A DNA stretch of 64,000 bases from Candidatus Hadarchaeota archaeon (GCA_040755315.1 JBFMBF010000001.1:29109-93108); one strand, 5' to 3'; positions 19,668 through 28,925 are shown, counted from the first letter of the stretch. The notes: generated from the letters alone by a model not told the origin. Program-made: numbers and translations.

Positions 19668-19870
19668 ATGGGCTTCACCAGCGGCCCCGATTGGTTGGGA
19701 AAATTATTGAATACTTTCGGCGCTTTTTGAAGCCGCGAAGAAAAAGCGGTTTTAACGCGGCCAAAAAGGCGATTTAGGAGTGTTTGCAGCGGGTGAAAGT
19801 TCTTAAATATTACTTTCGCCGACCTCTCTCCCCAAAAACCGTTTGAATGCTCTAAGTCAAATCGAGCTAG

Positions 19871-21130
19871 ATGAGTACACGAGGAGACCTCTCCGGCATG
19901 TTTTGGCAAGTTAGCGATTTGCAACCTATCCCTGATTTATTATACGAAAAGGTTCATTTATGGGATTTCCCCCCGTCCCGTGTCTTTGTAAAACTGAACG
20001 AGCCCTGTCGGCGCTGGCTTTTTGATGAACTCCATATGAGGTGTCAAACCAGTCATTTACTCTTCATCTTGAACACAAGGTGCAAGGCTTATGGCATTGG
20101 CCGAAGGTACAATAGAGGACACATTCGTACTTGGAAGAATGGAAGTAAAAGCGATAATGGCAAGATAAAGGATGCCCGTATCCCACTGTGGGTTCTAATC
20201 GAATTTTCAAAGTTGTTATCTGGTTCTGTCAACGATGGCGGCACCATCATGCGCCAAATTGAAAGAGAAGTTGAATACTGCGCCGCTAGCGGCAAGTCGA
20301 TACCGGTTAGGTTCAAATTTCCTCTTTTATTGACGCCGGAACTAGTTTCCGTTATTTTCCATTTATGCGGCGATGGGCATATTGGTACAGAAACTGATAC
20401 TTCCCATTATAGGCAAACAAACAAAACAGCATTCCAAAACTTTGCACGTAAATTACATAACTCATTTGGAGATTTTAGGGAAACGATAGTGGAAGATTCT
20501 AAAATCATTATACCAAGAATCATTACAGATTTTTATCAGCACTATTTTGGCATTAATAAGTGCAGGTGGAACACAGCACGCATACCCAAGCGCATTAAAG
20601 CGCTTGGGAGAGAGTTTCTTGTTGCTGGGTTGGCGGCATTTATTGTCGACGAGGGGCATGTCGGCGACCATCTGGAAATCTACTCATCTAACCCCAATCT
20701 GTTGGCAGACATAAGAGAAATTGCCCAGAAGCTCGGGCACGATTCAACAGATATCCACGCCAAGTACCGATATGGGGTTTTGAATGGATACAGATTTTTA
20801 ATCAAGAAACAAGGCGCGCTGATTTTTTACAAAGATGTCAAAGACCTATCCGAGCGATTTCCAATGTGCGGTTTAGCTCATAAAAGCGCCTGTTTAGAAC
20901 TGGGGGTTAAAATTAAAAAGCGCGGATGGCAGAAGATGCATAATGGTGTTACTAAACACAACATATTGTCATTACTACAAAGCCCGATGACTGTTCAGGA
21001 ATTATCAGAACGGATACTTATCCCAGCCGCATCTGTTCGAGAGCATTTGTCGCAACTCCGGGCGGCAGGGAAAGTCAGACTTTTTGGAAAACATGGCAGG
21101 AGGACATTATGGTTAAGTAAAGTCCAATAG
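19871..21130 (+). CDS. Free-standing two-motif LAGLIDADG-type endonuclease with C-terminal winged HTH
   Basis: VIFHLCGDGHI and LAAFIVDEGHV motifs; C-terminal MTVQELSE...VREHLSQL; AT-rich; start uncertain. Confidence 0.65.
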   Translation: MSTRGDLSGMFWQVSDLQPIPDLLYEKVHLWDFPPSRVFVKLNEPCRRWLFDELHMRCQTSHLLFILNTRCKAYGIGRRYNRGHIRTWKNGSKSDNGKIKDARIPLWVLIEFSKLLSGSVNDGGTIMRQIEREVEYCAASGKSIPVRFKFPLLLTPELVSVIFHLCGDGHIGTETDTSHYRQTNKTAFQNFARKLHNSFGDFRETIVEDSKIIIPRIITDFYQHYFGINKCRWNTARIPKRIKALGREFLVAGLAAFIVDEGHVGDHLEIYSSNPNLLADIREIAQKLGHDSTDIHAKYRYGVLNGYRFLIKKQGALIFYKDVKDLSERFPMCGLAHKSACLELGVKIKKRGWQKMHNGVTKHNILSLLQSPMTVQELSERILIPAASVREHLSQLRAAGKVRLFGKHGRRTLWLSKVQ

Positions 21131-22435
21131 CTTCCTTTGGGTTAGTTTGTCTTTCAAAATTCTGCTCACGCTTATCCATTTTTTGATTGGGACGCTTAAA
21201 GCGTTTGATAAGTATTCCAACGCTTTTTGGAAGGATGTAAATTTTACAGGTTCCTTCGCCAACAATGCCCTGACCGATTCACGCGTTAACCAGACCCCCA
21301 CGGGCAGAATGTATCCCGGCCTGATCTCCCTGAGCACCAGCGCCGACGCTTGCCTCTTTTCCTCTTCAAGCTTCTCGGCCACCGCCAGCCTGGAGGAGAA
21401 ATAGCAGCCCCCAACTTCCGGGTAAGTGGTCCTCCCTTGGTAAGGCTCCCAGTCTGCAAGCATCGCTGGTGCCGTAGCCCACCTGTCAGGGTTCCATGTC
21501 GTCCCAGGGAACCAAGCTTCAATCCACTCAAAGCTCCATTTTTCAGGCGCGAGGATGGCCACAAACCTGTTGTCAAGCTGCTCAAAGTAGTAAACGCGGT
21601 ACTCGTCAATTGTGTCGAACTGCTTTATTCTGTCCACCAGCTCCTGCGAGATTATCGAGTCGACGGCGGTAATGCTCCAGCGGGTCGGGACCAGCCTTCG
21701 CCTGTCCCCCGTGCCGAACATCCCGAGGCTGAAGGAACGCTGGATTTGGGTCACAAGCACGCCGTCGTGGTAAAGGTCCAGCACGGCGTCTGCAGCCTTC
21801 AGGTCCCTGTCGTAATACGCATTCTCTATCTTGGGGTTGGTGTTCACGTCAGATGAGCTGAAAGACTTCATAGGGGCCGATGGGCCAAATGGCTGAATCT
21901 CGCTTCCCAAGGTGATTGTTTTTGAAGGCAGCCTGTCAAGATTGACCTCGGCGTCAACCGGCTGCTTCCCCATCGCCAGCTCCTGCATAGAGTCTATGAG
22001 TCTGCCGCCCTCGCGGGCATCGTGGACGCTGGCTTTTGCCATTCCTCTTATCAGTGAGAACCGGTAGTCTACGATCTCCTTAATGTCCTTCCCGACCCAC
22101 AGTTCCGGCGTGTCAAGTATGGTCGTGTCCCCCTTGAAAGGCGGGACCATCGGCCCAATGTAGACCTTAGGATAGCCGATTCTCCCCACAAAGACGCCTG
22201 GCGGGGTGGAGCCCTCGATTCTTGTGGAAGTTATTTTCAGCGACGACCTGGCCAGAGACTGCGCCCGCGCCACCACAGGGCAGCTGAGCTTCCCGCAGAG
22301 CATCCTACCCCCCTTGCAGAGCAGACACATGGAGCCGGATCGGCCCGGGTTCAGCTTGAAATCATTTGGCGTAAAATTTCCCAGGTATTCACGCGATATT
22401 ACGTCCTGCAGCCACCGGGTCTGGTATATGGGCAT
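21113..22435 (-). CDS. nreA: Nre family DNA repair protein
   Basis: CLLCKG...CG..CP, VFVGRIGYPKV, LVPTRWSITAVD, C-terminal PIP-like QRKLLDF. Confidence 0.93.
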   Translation of the reverse strand: MPIYQTRWLQDVISREYLGNFTPNDFKLNPGRSGSMCLLCKGGRMLCGKLSCPVVARAQSLARSSLKITSTRIEGSTPPGVFVGRIGYPKVYIGPMVPPFKGDTTILDTPELWVGKDIKEIVDYRFSLIRGMAKASVHDAREGGRLIDSMQELAMGKQPVDAEVNLDRLPSKTITLGSEIQPFGPSAPMKSFSSSDVNTNPKIENAYYDRDLKAADAVLDLYHDGVLVTQIQRSFSLGMFGTGDRRRLVPTRWSITAVDSIISQELVDRIKQFDTIDEYRVYYFEQLDNRFVAILAPEKWSFEWIEAWFPGTTWNPDRWATAPAMLADWEPYQGRTTYPEVGGCYFSSRLAVAEKLEEEKRQASALVLREIRPGYILPVGVWLTRESVRALLAKEPVKFTSFQKALEYLSNALSVPIKKWISVSRILKDKLTQRKLLDFT

Positions 22436-22489
22436 GTTTTCAGGCCCAATTTATCTTTGAGCGGTTGCCCTAAAAATGCTGGGAGAATG

Positions 22490-23635
22490 TTAAAGGTGGG
22501 CTCTTAAAAATTTAACCAGGCGACGGCGGAGCTGAAATGCTTCAACTCTCAATGCCCCGAGCCGCAAACCTGAGATTATTACTCCTGTGGCTGAGACGAC
22601 AGCCAATATTTCCATGGCCTTGGGTCCGGTAAATGTCGGGGGCGCGTCCTGTAGGTATCCCCTGACGTCGCGTCCGTAGACGCTGGGAGTGAAGTTGTCG
22701 TAACTAAGCAGCAGGTTCGGCGCCCAGTCAGCACTGAAAACATAAGCAATCCAGCTCTCGCCCCTTGCCTCCAAAGCTGCCAGGGAATATTCATCTGTCT
22801 CCGCCCATAGCGTGATGACATTTTCCACCTTGGGGCTCCAATCGTAGTAGGATGTTCTCTTGTAAGACACATTATTGTCCGAGATCGGGTACTTGGCGGC
22901 CCAGTAGAGGTCCCTCGCGTAGTGCAGCCCGCTCACCAGAATCATCTTGTAAGGGTCGTTTTTCCTTATCCTGCCGATGATGTTTTCCTCGGCGAAAGCC
23001 TTCCATCTAAGCCACCCCACTTCACAGTTGTCGTTTTTCGGCCACTTTACTTCGTTGAATATCTCGTAGGCCACAACCGTGTTTTCGTACCTGTAACGCA
23101 GGCTCGCCTCCTCCCAAAAGCTGAACAGCCACTCATTCTTGTAAAGAAAAATGTTCTCAGTCTGTTCGCCGGTGGGCTCCGTGTGGTAAGTCTCCTCAGG
23201 AGGGTAACCAACTGAGTGGAAGTCAAGTACAATCATAAGGCCATTCTTCCTCGCCTCCACGACCGCCCTGTCAACATCACCCCACGGGGGAACATTTTCC
23301 CAGAGGTAGTAAATTACTGGGTAGACTGGAACCCGGATGGTGTTTGCACCCCAGGCCTTGATCTCAGCCATGTATTTTGAGAAATCCACTCCCTTGTTGT
23401 CAAGCATGATGGGCGGCATTATCCCCACTCCTTCGAACTTGATTTTCGTGTCACTTAGGTAGAAACCGTTGTCCCTTGCCACGACGTAGGGCTGCACCTC
23501 CCCAGAGGTAGCTATCGTGAATGGCATTCTTTGCCAGGCGAACCTGATCGCGAAGTACGACGCTGAGAAAAGCAGGAGTATCAAGAAGAACACAAAGAGG
23601 CCGCTCCAAATGCAAACAGATGTACGCCGCTTCAT
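22490..23635 (-). CDS. Membrane-anchored GH5 (cellulase-family) glycoside hydrolase
   Basis: GANTIRVP, LDFH, YEIFNE; hydrophobic N- and C-terminal segments. Confidence 0.75.
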   Translation of the reverse strand: MKRRTSVCIWSGLFVFFLILLLFSASYFAIRFAWQRMPFTIATSGEVQPYVVARDNGFYLSDTKIKFEGVGIMPPIMLDNKGVDFSKYMAEIKAWGANTIRVPVYPVIYYLWENVPPWGDVDRAVVEARKNGLMIVLDFHSVGYPPEETYHTEPTGEQTENIFLYKNEWLFSFWEEASLRYRYENTVVAYEIFNEVKWPKNDNCEVGWLRWKAFAEENIIGRIRKNDPYKMILVSGLHYARDLYWAAKYPISDNNVSYKRTSYYDWSPKVENVITLWAETDEYSLAALEARGESWIAYVFSADWAPNLLLSYDNFTPSVYGRDVRGYLQDAPPTFTGPKAMEILAVVSATGVIISGLRLGALRVEAFQLRRRLVKFLRAHL

Positions 23636-23757
23636 CGTCTCATCACCCAAAAGTGGTTATTGCAAACTTCAGCTTCATAGTGGCACCCGCGTCATAAAGT
23701 AATGCAACCCCAGTCTATAAATCCTTTAGACCTGTAAGTCAATGAAGTTCTGAGGGG

Positions 23758-24753
23758 ATGTCTTTGGAGTACAATCTTGAGGAAGATAGGGTGTGCCAGT
23801 TCCTGGAGCAGCAAAGCGCCAAGAAGGCAGCGATTCAGCTACCGGGTGGCATAAGACTCCGCCAAATCGAGGTGGCGAAGGTTTTTGAGAAGAAGGGAGT
23901 CCAGCCGGTGTTCATGGCTGGCAGCTGCTTCGGGGCATGCGATTTGGCGGACAGGCAGGCAAAGCAGCTTGGATGTGATGTGCTGGTTCATTATGGCCAC
24001 GCGGACATGGGGCTGTCAACTTGCCTCCCGACGCTTTACGTCGAGGCCAGGGCTCCGTCCGACCCGTCAAAAGCCGTCGAGAAGGCCATCTCCGGCTTCA
24101 GGTTCAAGCGGGTCGGGCTCATCACCACAATCCAGCATGTCGGTCATTTGGAAAAGGTTACAGAACTCCTTCGCTCGCGCGGGCTGGAGCCAGTGGTGGG
24201 CGGTCCGGGGCCGCGGGCCAGATACCCCGGGCAGCTTCTCGGTTGTGACTTTGGCTGTGCCACCTCAATCTCCAGCAAAGTGGACGGTTTCATTTACATT
24301 GGTACCGGCAACTTTCATCCGTTAGGCGCGGCTCTCGCCACGGGAAAGGAGGTCCTTGCGGTCAATCCAACTGACGGAGCCAGGCCTATCTCGCCGGATT
24401 TGGGCGGGTTCATCAGGGGAAGAAAGGCGGCGATAACCGCAGCCAGCGCGGCCGAGAGAGTGGGTGTAGTGGCAAGTTCAAAGCCGGGGCAGGCCCGCTT
24501 GGGACTTGCGGAGGATATCGTGGAAACATTGAGAAAGGCGGGGCGCGAAGCCAGCCTTCTTGTGGTGGACGATGTTGTCCCCGAAAGTCTGGCGGACTTC
24601 GGGCTGGACGCGGCCGTCTGCACGGCGTGCCCGCGGATAGCAACGGACGACGTGGAGAGGTTTGAGTTTCCCGTCATCACGCCGTTCGAGGCCAAGGTTA
24701 TGCTTGGGTTGGAAAAATTGGAACCATACAGGCTGGACGAGTTCAGCAGGTAG
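23758..24753 (+). CDS. dph2: Diphthamide biosynthesis enzyme Dph2
   Basis: QLPGG, CFGACD, HYGH, GQLLGCD, TACPR. Confidence 0.95.
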   Translation: MSLEYNLEEDRVCQFLEQQSAKKAAIQLPGGIRLRQIEVAKVFEKKGVQPVFMAGSCFGACDLADRQAKQLGCDVLVHYGHADMGLSTCLPTLYVEARAPSDPSKAVEKAISGFRFKRVGLITTIQHVGHLEKVTELLRSRGLEPVVGGPGPRARYPGQLLGCDFGCATSISSKVDGFIYIGTGNFHPLGAALATGKEVLAVNPTDGARPISPDLGGFIRGRKAAITAASAAERVGVVASSKPGQARLGLAEDIVETLRKAGREASLLVVDDVVPESLADFGLDAAVCTACPRIATDDVERFEFPVITPFEAKVMLGLEKLEPYRLDEFSR

Positions 24754-24790
24754 TTTTAAACCTTGAGTGGATAGTTAAGGTGGGATTTAA

Positions 24791-25369
24791 ATGACGGAGA
24801 TAAAGACGGGGGATTTTGTCCTTCCAGGTGACTTTCTGTCCACCGCGGAGGAGTTCGTCCCTGGTGAAGGCGCATACGACGAGGGCGGCAAAATCTACGC
24901 CGCCAGCACAGGCGTTGTTCTGGTTGACTCAAGAAACAAGAAGATTTCAGTTTTCTCAAGGCCAAAGGGTCCGCCGGCACTCAGGCCTGGGGACGCGATA
25001 ATTGGCCGCGTGGACGATGTGAGGGAGCAGTCGGTAAACGTAGAGATAGGTGCCATGAGGGGAAGAGAAGACAGGGAGCTCCCAGCGCCTAAGATGGGGT
25101 CAATCCACATCTCTCAGGCGAACACGAGTTACGTGAGGGATTTGAGCCATCTCTTCAAAGTCGGAGACATAGTCAGGGCGAAAGTGGTCGGCACCCAAAG
25201 GGAGCAGGCGCAGCTGACAACGGCAGCAAAGGAGTTTGGGGTTCTGGTAGCCAGCTGCTCGCGATGCAAGACGACTCTGGATCGGGACGGGACGAAGCTC
25301 CGGTGCCCGAACTGTGGCAATGTTGAGAACAGGAAGACCGCCAGTGACTACAGGCAGGGAGCCCTCTGA
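24791..25369 (+). CDS. csl4: Exosome RNA-binding subunit Csl4
   Basis: VLPGD, S1 domain, C-terminal CSRC...CPNC.NVE.RK zinc ribbon. Confidence 0.93.
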   Translation: MTEIKTGDFVLPGDFLSTAEEFVPGEGAYDEGGKIYAASTGVVLVDSRNKKISVFSRPKGPPALRPGDAIIGRVDDVREQSVNVEIGAMRGREDRELPAPKMGSIHISQANTSYVRDLSHLFKVGDIVRAKVVGTQREQAQLTTAAKEFGVLVASCSRCKTTLDRDGTKLRCPNCGNVENRKTASDYRQGAL

Positions 25370-25614
25370 TAGGAAAAATCAGGAAAAAGATAAAACTCCA
25401 CGTTGACAGTTCAGCCCAGGTGATCAGGGCGATGGAGGCTCTCGAGAGATCGGGATTGGAGGTCGAGGCCGAGTTCTGGCCAAGCTCTCTGCAGGTCACC
25501 GTGGCCGGAAGCAAGGAAGAGATAAGGGAGGTCGAGTCAAAGTTGCGCAGCGTTTTTAAGCAGGGTTTAAATAAGCGGAGGGGGAAATCCCTGAGGGATG
25601 AGGATGCAGCTTGA
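25366..25614 (+). CDS. Small protein resembling the N-terminal domain of DUF2067; probable CTG start
   Basis: Frame is open back to CTG 25366, which overlaps the csl4 stop (CTGA) with GGGAG upstream; LQVTVAGSKEEIRE motif; csl4-rpoL position. Confidence 0.55.
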   Translation: MIGKIRKKIKLHVDSSAQVIRAMEALERSGLEVEAEFWPSSLQVTVAGSKEEIREVESKLRSVFKQGLNKRRGKSLRDEDAA

Positions 25615-25882
25615 GCTAGTTGAAAAAGGGGACAAAAGCAGAAAAATCAAGATAGTTGGAGAGGACCACACTTTCTGCAACCTTCTCCGGCACGAGTTGC
25701 ATCAGGACAGGAATGTCGAGGCGGCGGCGTACGCAATTGAGCACCCCCTGACCGAGCACCCGAAGTTCTTTGTAAAGTCGGAAAAATCCCCGGAAAAAGC
25801 CATGTTGGACGCGGCCGAGAGGGTATCGGAACAGCTTGACGAGCTTCGTGGGCAGTTCCAGAAAGCGATAAAGGGAAAGTAG
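25598..25882 (+). CDS. rpoL: DNA-directed RNA polymerase subunit L (Rpo11)
   Basis: GEDHTFCNLL, AAY.IEHPL. Confidence 0.95.
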   Translation: MRMQLELVEKGDKSRKIKIVGEDHTFCNLLRHELHQDRNVEAAAYAIEHPLTEHPKFFVKSEKSPEKAMLDAAERVSEQLDELRGQFQKAIKGK

Positions 25883-25903
25883 GGAAACTCTTTTGGGTCT
25901 GGC

Positions 25904-26506
25904 TTGAAAGACGTGAAGTTCTGGCAGGTAAAGCCGGAGATAAGGATTCTGGGCGTGGACGACGGGCCACTGGACGCCCCCGGAAAAGAGGTTCCGCTTG
26001 TGGGAGTGGTCTTCAGGGGAGGGAAGTGGATAGACGGCGTCCTTAAGACAACTGTAACAAAGGACGGAACTGACGCAACTGAAAAGCTGGTGGAAATGGT
26101 GGGGGGGAGCCGCCACTTGGAGCAGTTGAGGGTGGTGATGGTGGACGGAGTAACGTTCGCCGGCTTCAATGTCATCGATGTCAGAGAGGTTTTCAGGAGG
26201 CTCAGCATACCGGTCATAGTTGTTTCAAGGGAGATGCCGAACTTGGGAGACATCCTGAAGGCGGTCAGGCATCTACCGGAATGGAGGAAGAGGTGGTTGG
26301 CACTGAAAAAAGCCGGGAAAATACACCGGCTGGAAATCAGGCGGAGAAAGGGGGCTGTTTACATCCAGGCAGTAGGGCTGAAGCTTGAGGACGCCGCGCG
26401 GATAGTGCAGTTGAGCTCCACTAGGAGTCTGGTACCGGAGCCACTTAGAGCGGCGCACATGATAGCAACGGCGATGGTGAAGGGGGAGAGCCATGGCAGG
26501 GTCTAA
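25904..26506 (+). CDS. DUF99/UPF0215 family (endonuclease V-like) protein
   Basis: RILGVDDG, DGTDAT, DGVTFAGFNVID, VPEPLRAAHMIA. Confidence 0.9.
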   Translation: MKDVKFWQVKPEIRILGVDDGPLDAPGKEVPLVGVVFRGGKWIDGVLKTTVTKDGTDATEKLVEMVGGSRHLEQLRVVMVDGVTFAGFNVIDVREVFRRLSIPVIVVSREMPNLGDILKAVRHLPEWRKRWLALKKAGKIHRLEIRRRKGAVYIQAVGLKLEDAARIVQLSSTRSLVPEPLRAAHMIATAMVKGESHGRV

Positions 26507-27131
26507 GTCAAACGGGAGGCTCTCCGGGGCAAGGAAGGCAGTGGAGCGCCGGTTGTTCCAAGGAGTAGGAAGGTGGGTGCTCGAGTTCCTGCTCACCCTC
26601 GGCATACTATACTTCGTCTTCGCTGGGGCGTTGATTCTAATTTTCAGAACCGACTCCTACTGGATGGCCGTGACATCGGGCAGCATGGTACACGAGGGGC
26701 AGGACTGGGAGTCTTATTTTGAGGATGTCAACGTCCGCAAGTCTTTCCTCGTCAACCAGGGCCTCACACAGGTTGCGGAGAATACTCCAACATTTGATGC
26801 TTCGAAATTCCCGATTCAGGGAGGGTTTGAGAGAGGGGACCTTCTTTTTATTCAGGGCGTGGGCTCGGTTTCTGATATCTCCGTTGGTGATGTTCTGATA
26901 GTCGATCGCAGCCCATACACCATCCCTCTGACACACAGGGTTCTAGCCGTTTGGGAGGATAGTGGGGCAGTGAGGTTTACCACAAAAGGGGACCACAACA
27001 CTTATCTCGTGAATGACTCTAACACCCCTTGGCCAGACGATTTGATCATCTATCCAGAAAGGATAACAGGCAAGGTGGTTTTTGTCATCCCGAAGCTTGG
27101 GAACATAGCTCTGTGGTTCCAGAACAGGTGA
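26493..27131 (+). CDS. Signal peptidase I (archaeal/Sec11 type)
   Basis: TM helix, VTSGSM, GDLL, HRV, TKGDHN, IPKLG. Confidence 0.88.
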   Translation: MAGSKSNGRLSGARKAVERRLFQGVGRWVLEFLLTLGILYFVFAGALILIFRTDSYWMAVTSGSMVHEGQDWESYFEDVNVRKSFLVNQGLTQVAENTPTFDASKFPIQGGFERGDLLFIQGVGSVSDISVGDVLIVDRSPYTIPLTHRVLAVWEDSGAVRFTTKGDHNTYLVNDSNTPWPDDLIIYPERITGKVVFVIPKLGNIALWFQNR

Positions 27132-27135
27132 GGAG

Positions 27136-27528
27136 ATGAAGAAGAAGCCGGAGCTTTCGGTGGATGTCGTCATCAAGGCACGGGAAGGGGTGGTGTTGAT
27201 CAAGCGGAGGAAGAACCCCTTCAGGGGAGGATGGGCGCTCCCGGGTGGTTTCGTGAAGTACAAGGAGAGGGTAGAGGACGCCGCCGTCAGGGAGGTTAAG
27301 GAGGAGACGGGCCTGGAGGTCGGGATTGAAAGGCTGGTCGGGGTCTACTCCGCCCCGGACAGGGATCCCCGCGGGCACACGGTCACAGTGTGTTTTTTGG
27401 CGAGGCCGGTGGGAGGCAGGCTGAAGGCCGGGTCGGACGCGGCCGGCGCCAGGTTTTTCAAGAAAATACCGTGGAGAAAGGTGGCGTTCGACCACGCGAA
27501 GATTTTAAAGGACGCGGGTTTCAGGTGA
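27136..27528 (+). CDS. NUDIX hydrolase
   Basis: WALPGG...E..EDAAVREVKEETGL, RDPRGH, AFDH. Confidence 0.93.
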   Translation: MKKKPELSVDVVIKAREGVVLIKRRKNPFRGGWALPGGFVKYKERVEDAAVREVKEETGLEVGIERLVGVYSAPDRDPRGHTVTVCFLARPVGGRLKAGSDAAGARFFKKIPWRKVAFDHAKILKDAGFR

Positions 27529-27532
27529 AGCT

Positions 27533-27859
27533 ATGCAGTTTTGCAAGAAGTGCGGGTCGCTGATGTTGCCTAAGAAGATTGATGGGGACGTTTTTCTCAC
27601 GTGCACTTCATGCGGCCACTCCGTGAAGGCTGAGGGGTCCGAGGAGTACAAGATGGTGAAAAAAAGCGAGGATAAGGAGGAGGTCACGGTCGTGGAAGAA
27701 AAATCTGGGCCAGCTTTACCTACAACACGAGCACATTGTCCTAAATGTGGCCACGGTACTGCATACTGGTGGATGCGGCAGACGCGTGCAGGGGATGAAC
27801 CAGCAACACGGTTTTACCGCTGTGTAAAATGTGCCCACACTTGGAGAGAATACACATAG
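27533..27859 (+). CDS. tfs: Transcription factor S
   Basis: FCKKCGSLM, two zinc ribbons, QTRAGDEP.TRFYRC..C..TWREY. Confidence 0.96.
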   Translation: MQFCKKCGSLMLPKKIDGDVFLTCTSCGHSVKAEGSEEYKMVKKSEDKEEVTVVEEKSGPALPTTRAHCPKCGHGTAYWWMRQTRAGDEPATRFYRCVKCAHTWREYT

Positions 27860-28857
27860 TAACTGATTATTTCGGTGCTTCTGTAGATGAGATAGACTCA
27901 AAACACAAAAAAGTGTGCCAAATCTCAAATTAGGCGGCGCTTAAAAGTGCTTGGGAGAAAGCCGAATACTTTCTGCAACCTCTACAAAAGTAGTTTAAGA
28001 TTTAGCAATTACCATAAACAGACACATCATGAAAATGAAATGGTCGGAAGAAGAAATAGAAACGCTAAAAAAAGGATATTCAAAAATGGGGAGCCCATAC
28101 CTAACAACTGTTTTGAACAGAACTCAATGTGCAATAAATGTAAAGGCCAAAAGGTTAGGGTTGAAAGGATTTTCTGGGCACTGCCGCCGTTACAGCATGG
28201 ATGAAAATTATTTTGAACTAATAGACCACCCCAGACGCGCTTATTTACTTGGTTTACTGATGGCAGATGGTTATGTGTTTGGGAATAAAACGGCAAGTTA
28301 TGGGGTAGAACTGGGGTTGAAAATTTCTGATAGAGAACTTGTTAACATGTTAAAGACTGAACTTAAGGCGGAACACCCAATAAGAATACGCCCTCGAGGA
28401 AATACTGCGGATATTAGACTGATAGTGTTTTCAAAAAAATTGGCAGAATCATTAGTTGGGTGGGGAGTGAAGCAGAGGAAATCGCTAAGAGAGCGTTATC
28501 CACCTATTTTAGATGATGAAGAGCTCCACAGATTCTTTATTTTAGGATATTCTGATGGCGATGGCAGCATCAGCATCGACCAACAAGGCAAGTATAGATA
28601 CCTGAAGTGGCAACTTGTTGGGAACGGGAGATTTACCCAAACGGTTGCGTGTATTGTCCAAAAATTTTGTGGAGCAAGGGGCACCGTTTTCAAAAGCAAA
28701 AAAGTGCATGGAGATTTTACCGAGTTGCGATTTTGGGGGAAAGAAGCTGAAAAAGCCCTTCGATGGTTATACGGCAATGACACAACGAAAATTGGATTAA
28801 AACGCAAGAGGAAAGCTGGTTGAAGTGGATTAATGCAAAAAACATGTAGCTCCACAT
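27800..28857 (+). mobile_element. Homing-endonuclease insertion within tfs carrying a replacement tfs 3' end
   Basis: Bounded by two versions of the tfs 3' end (27800-27859 and 28858-28917); contains an AT-rich LAGLIDADG ORF. Confidence 0.75.
28029..28823 (+). CDS. Free-standing LAGLIDADG homing endonuclease with N-terminal HTH/Myb-like segment
   Basis: AYLLGLLMADGYV and FILGYSDGDGSI motifs; KWSEEEIETLK N-terminus. Confidence 0.88.
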   Translation: MKMKWSEEEIETLKKGYSKMGSPYLTTVLNRTQCAINVKAKRLGLKGFSGHCRRYSMDENYFELIDHPRRAYLLGLLMADGYVFGNKTASYGVELGLKISDRELVNMLKTELKAEHPIRIRPRGNTADIRLIVFSKKLAESLVGWGVKQRKSLRERYPPILDDEELHRFFILGYSDGDGSISIDQQGKYRYLKWQLVGNGRFTQTVACIVQKFCGARGTVFKSKKVHGDFTELRFWGKEAEKALRWLYGNDTTKIGLKRKRKAG

Positions 28858-28917
28858 CCACCGACACGCTTTTACCGTTGCACGAAATGCAAGAAGGTAT
28901 GGAGGGAGTACGCGTAG
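28858..28917 (+). pseudogene. tfs: Displaced 3' fragment of tfs
   Basis: Translates PPTRFYRCTKCKKVWREYA*; no in-frame start (in-frame TAA at 28831). Confidence 0.88.
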
Positions 28918-28925
28918 GTGGTTGA

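Noticed and set aside
19668..19870. Stranded nreA 3' fragment analogous to the tfs remnant
   Set aside because: Only a weak ~11-nt similarity (TTCAAAAAGCG); no recognisable Nre peptide.
27800..28857. Intein or self-splicing intron in tfs
   Set aside because: tfs has its own stop before the endonuclease ORF, there are no intein terminal residues, and I could not identify intron structure; splicing is unnecessary though not formally excluded.
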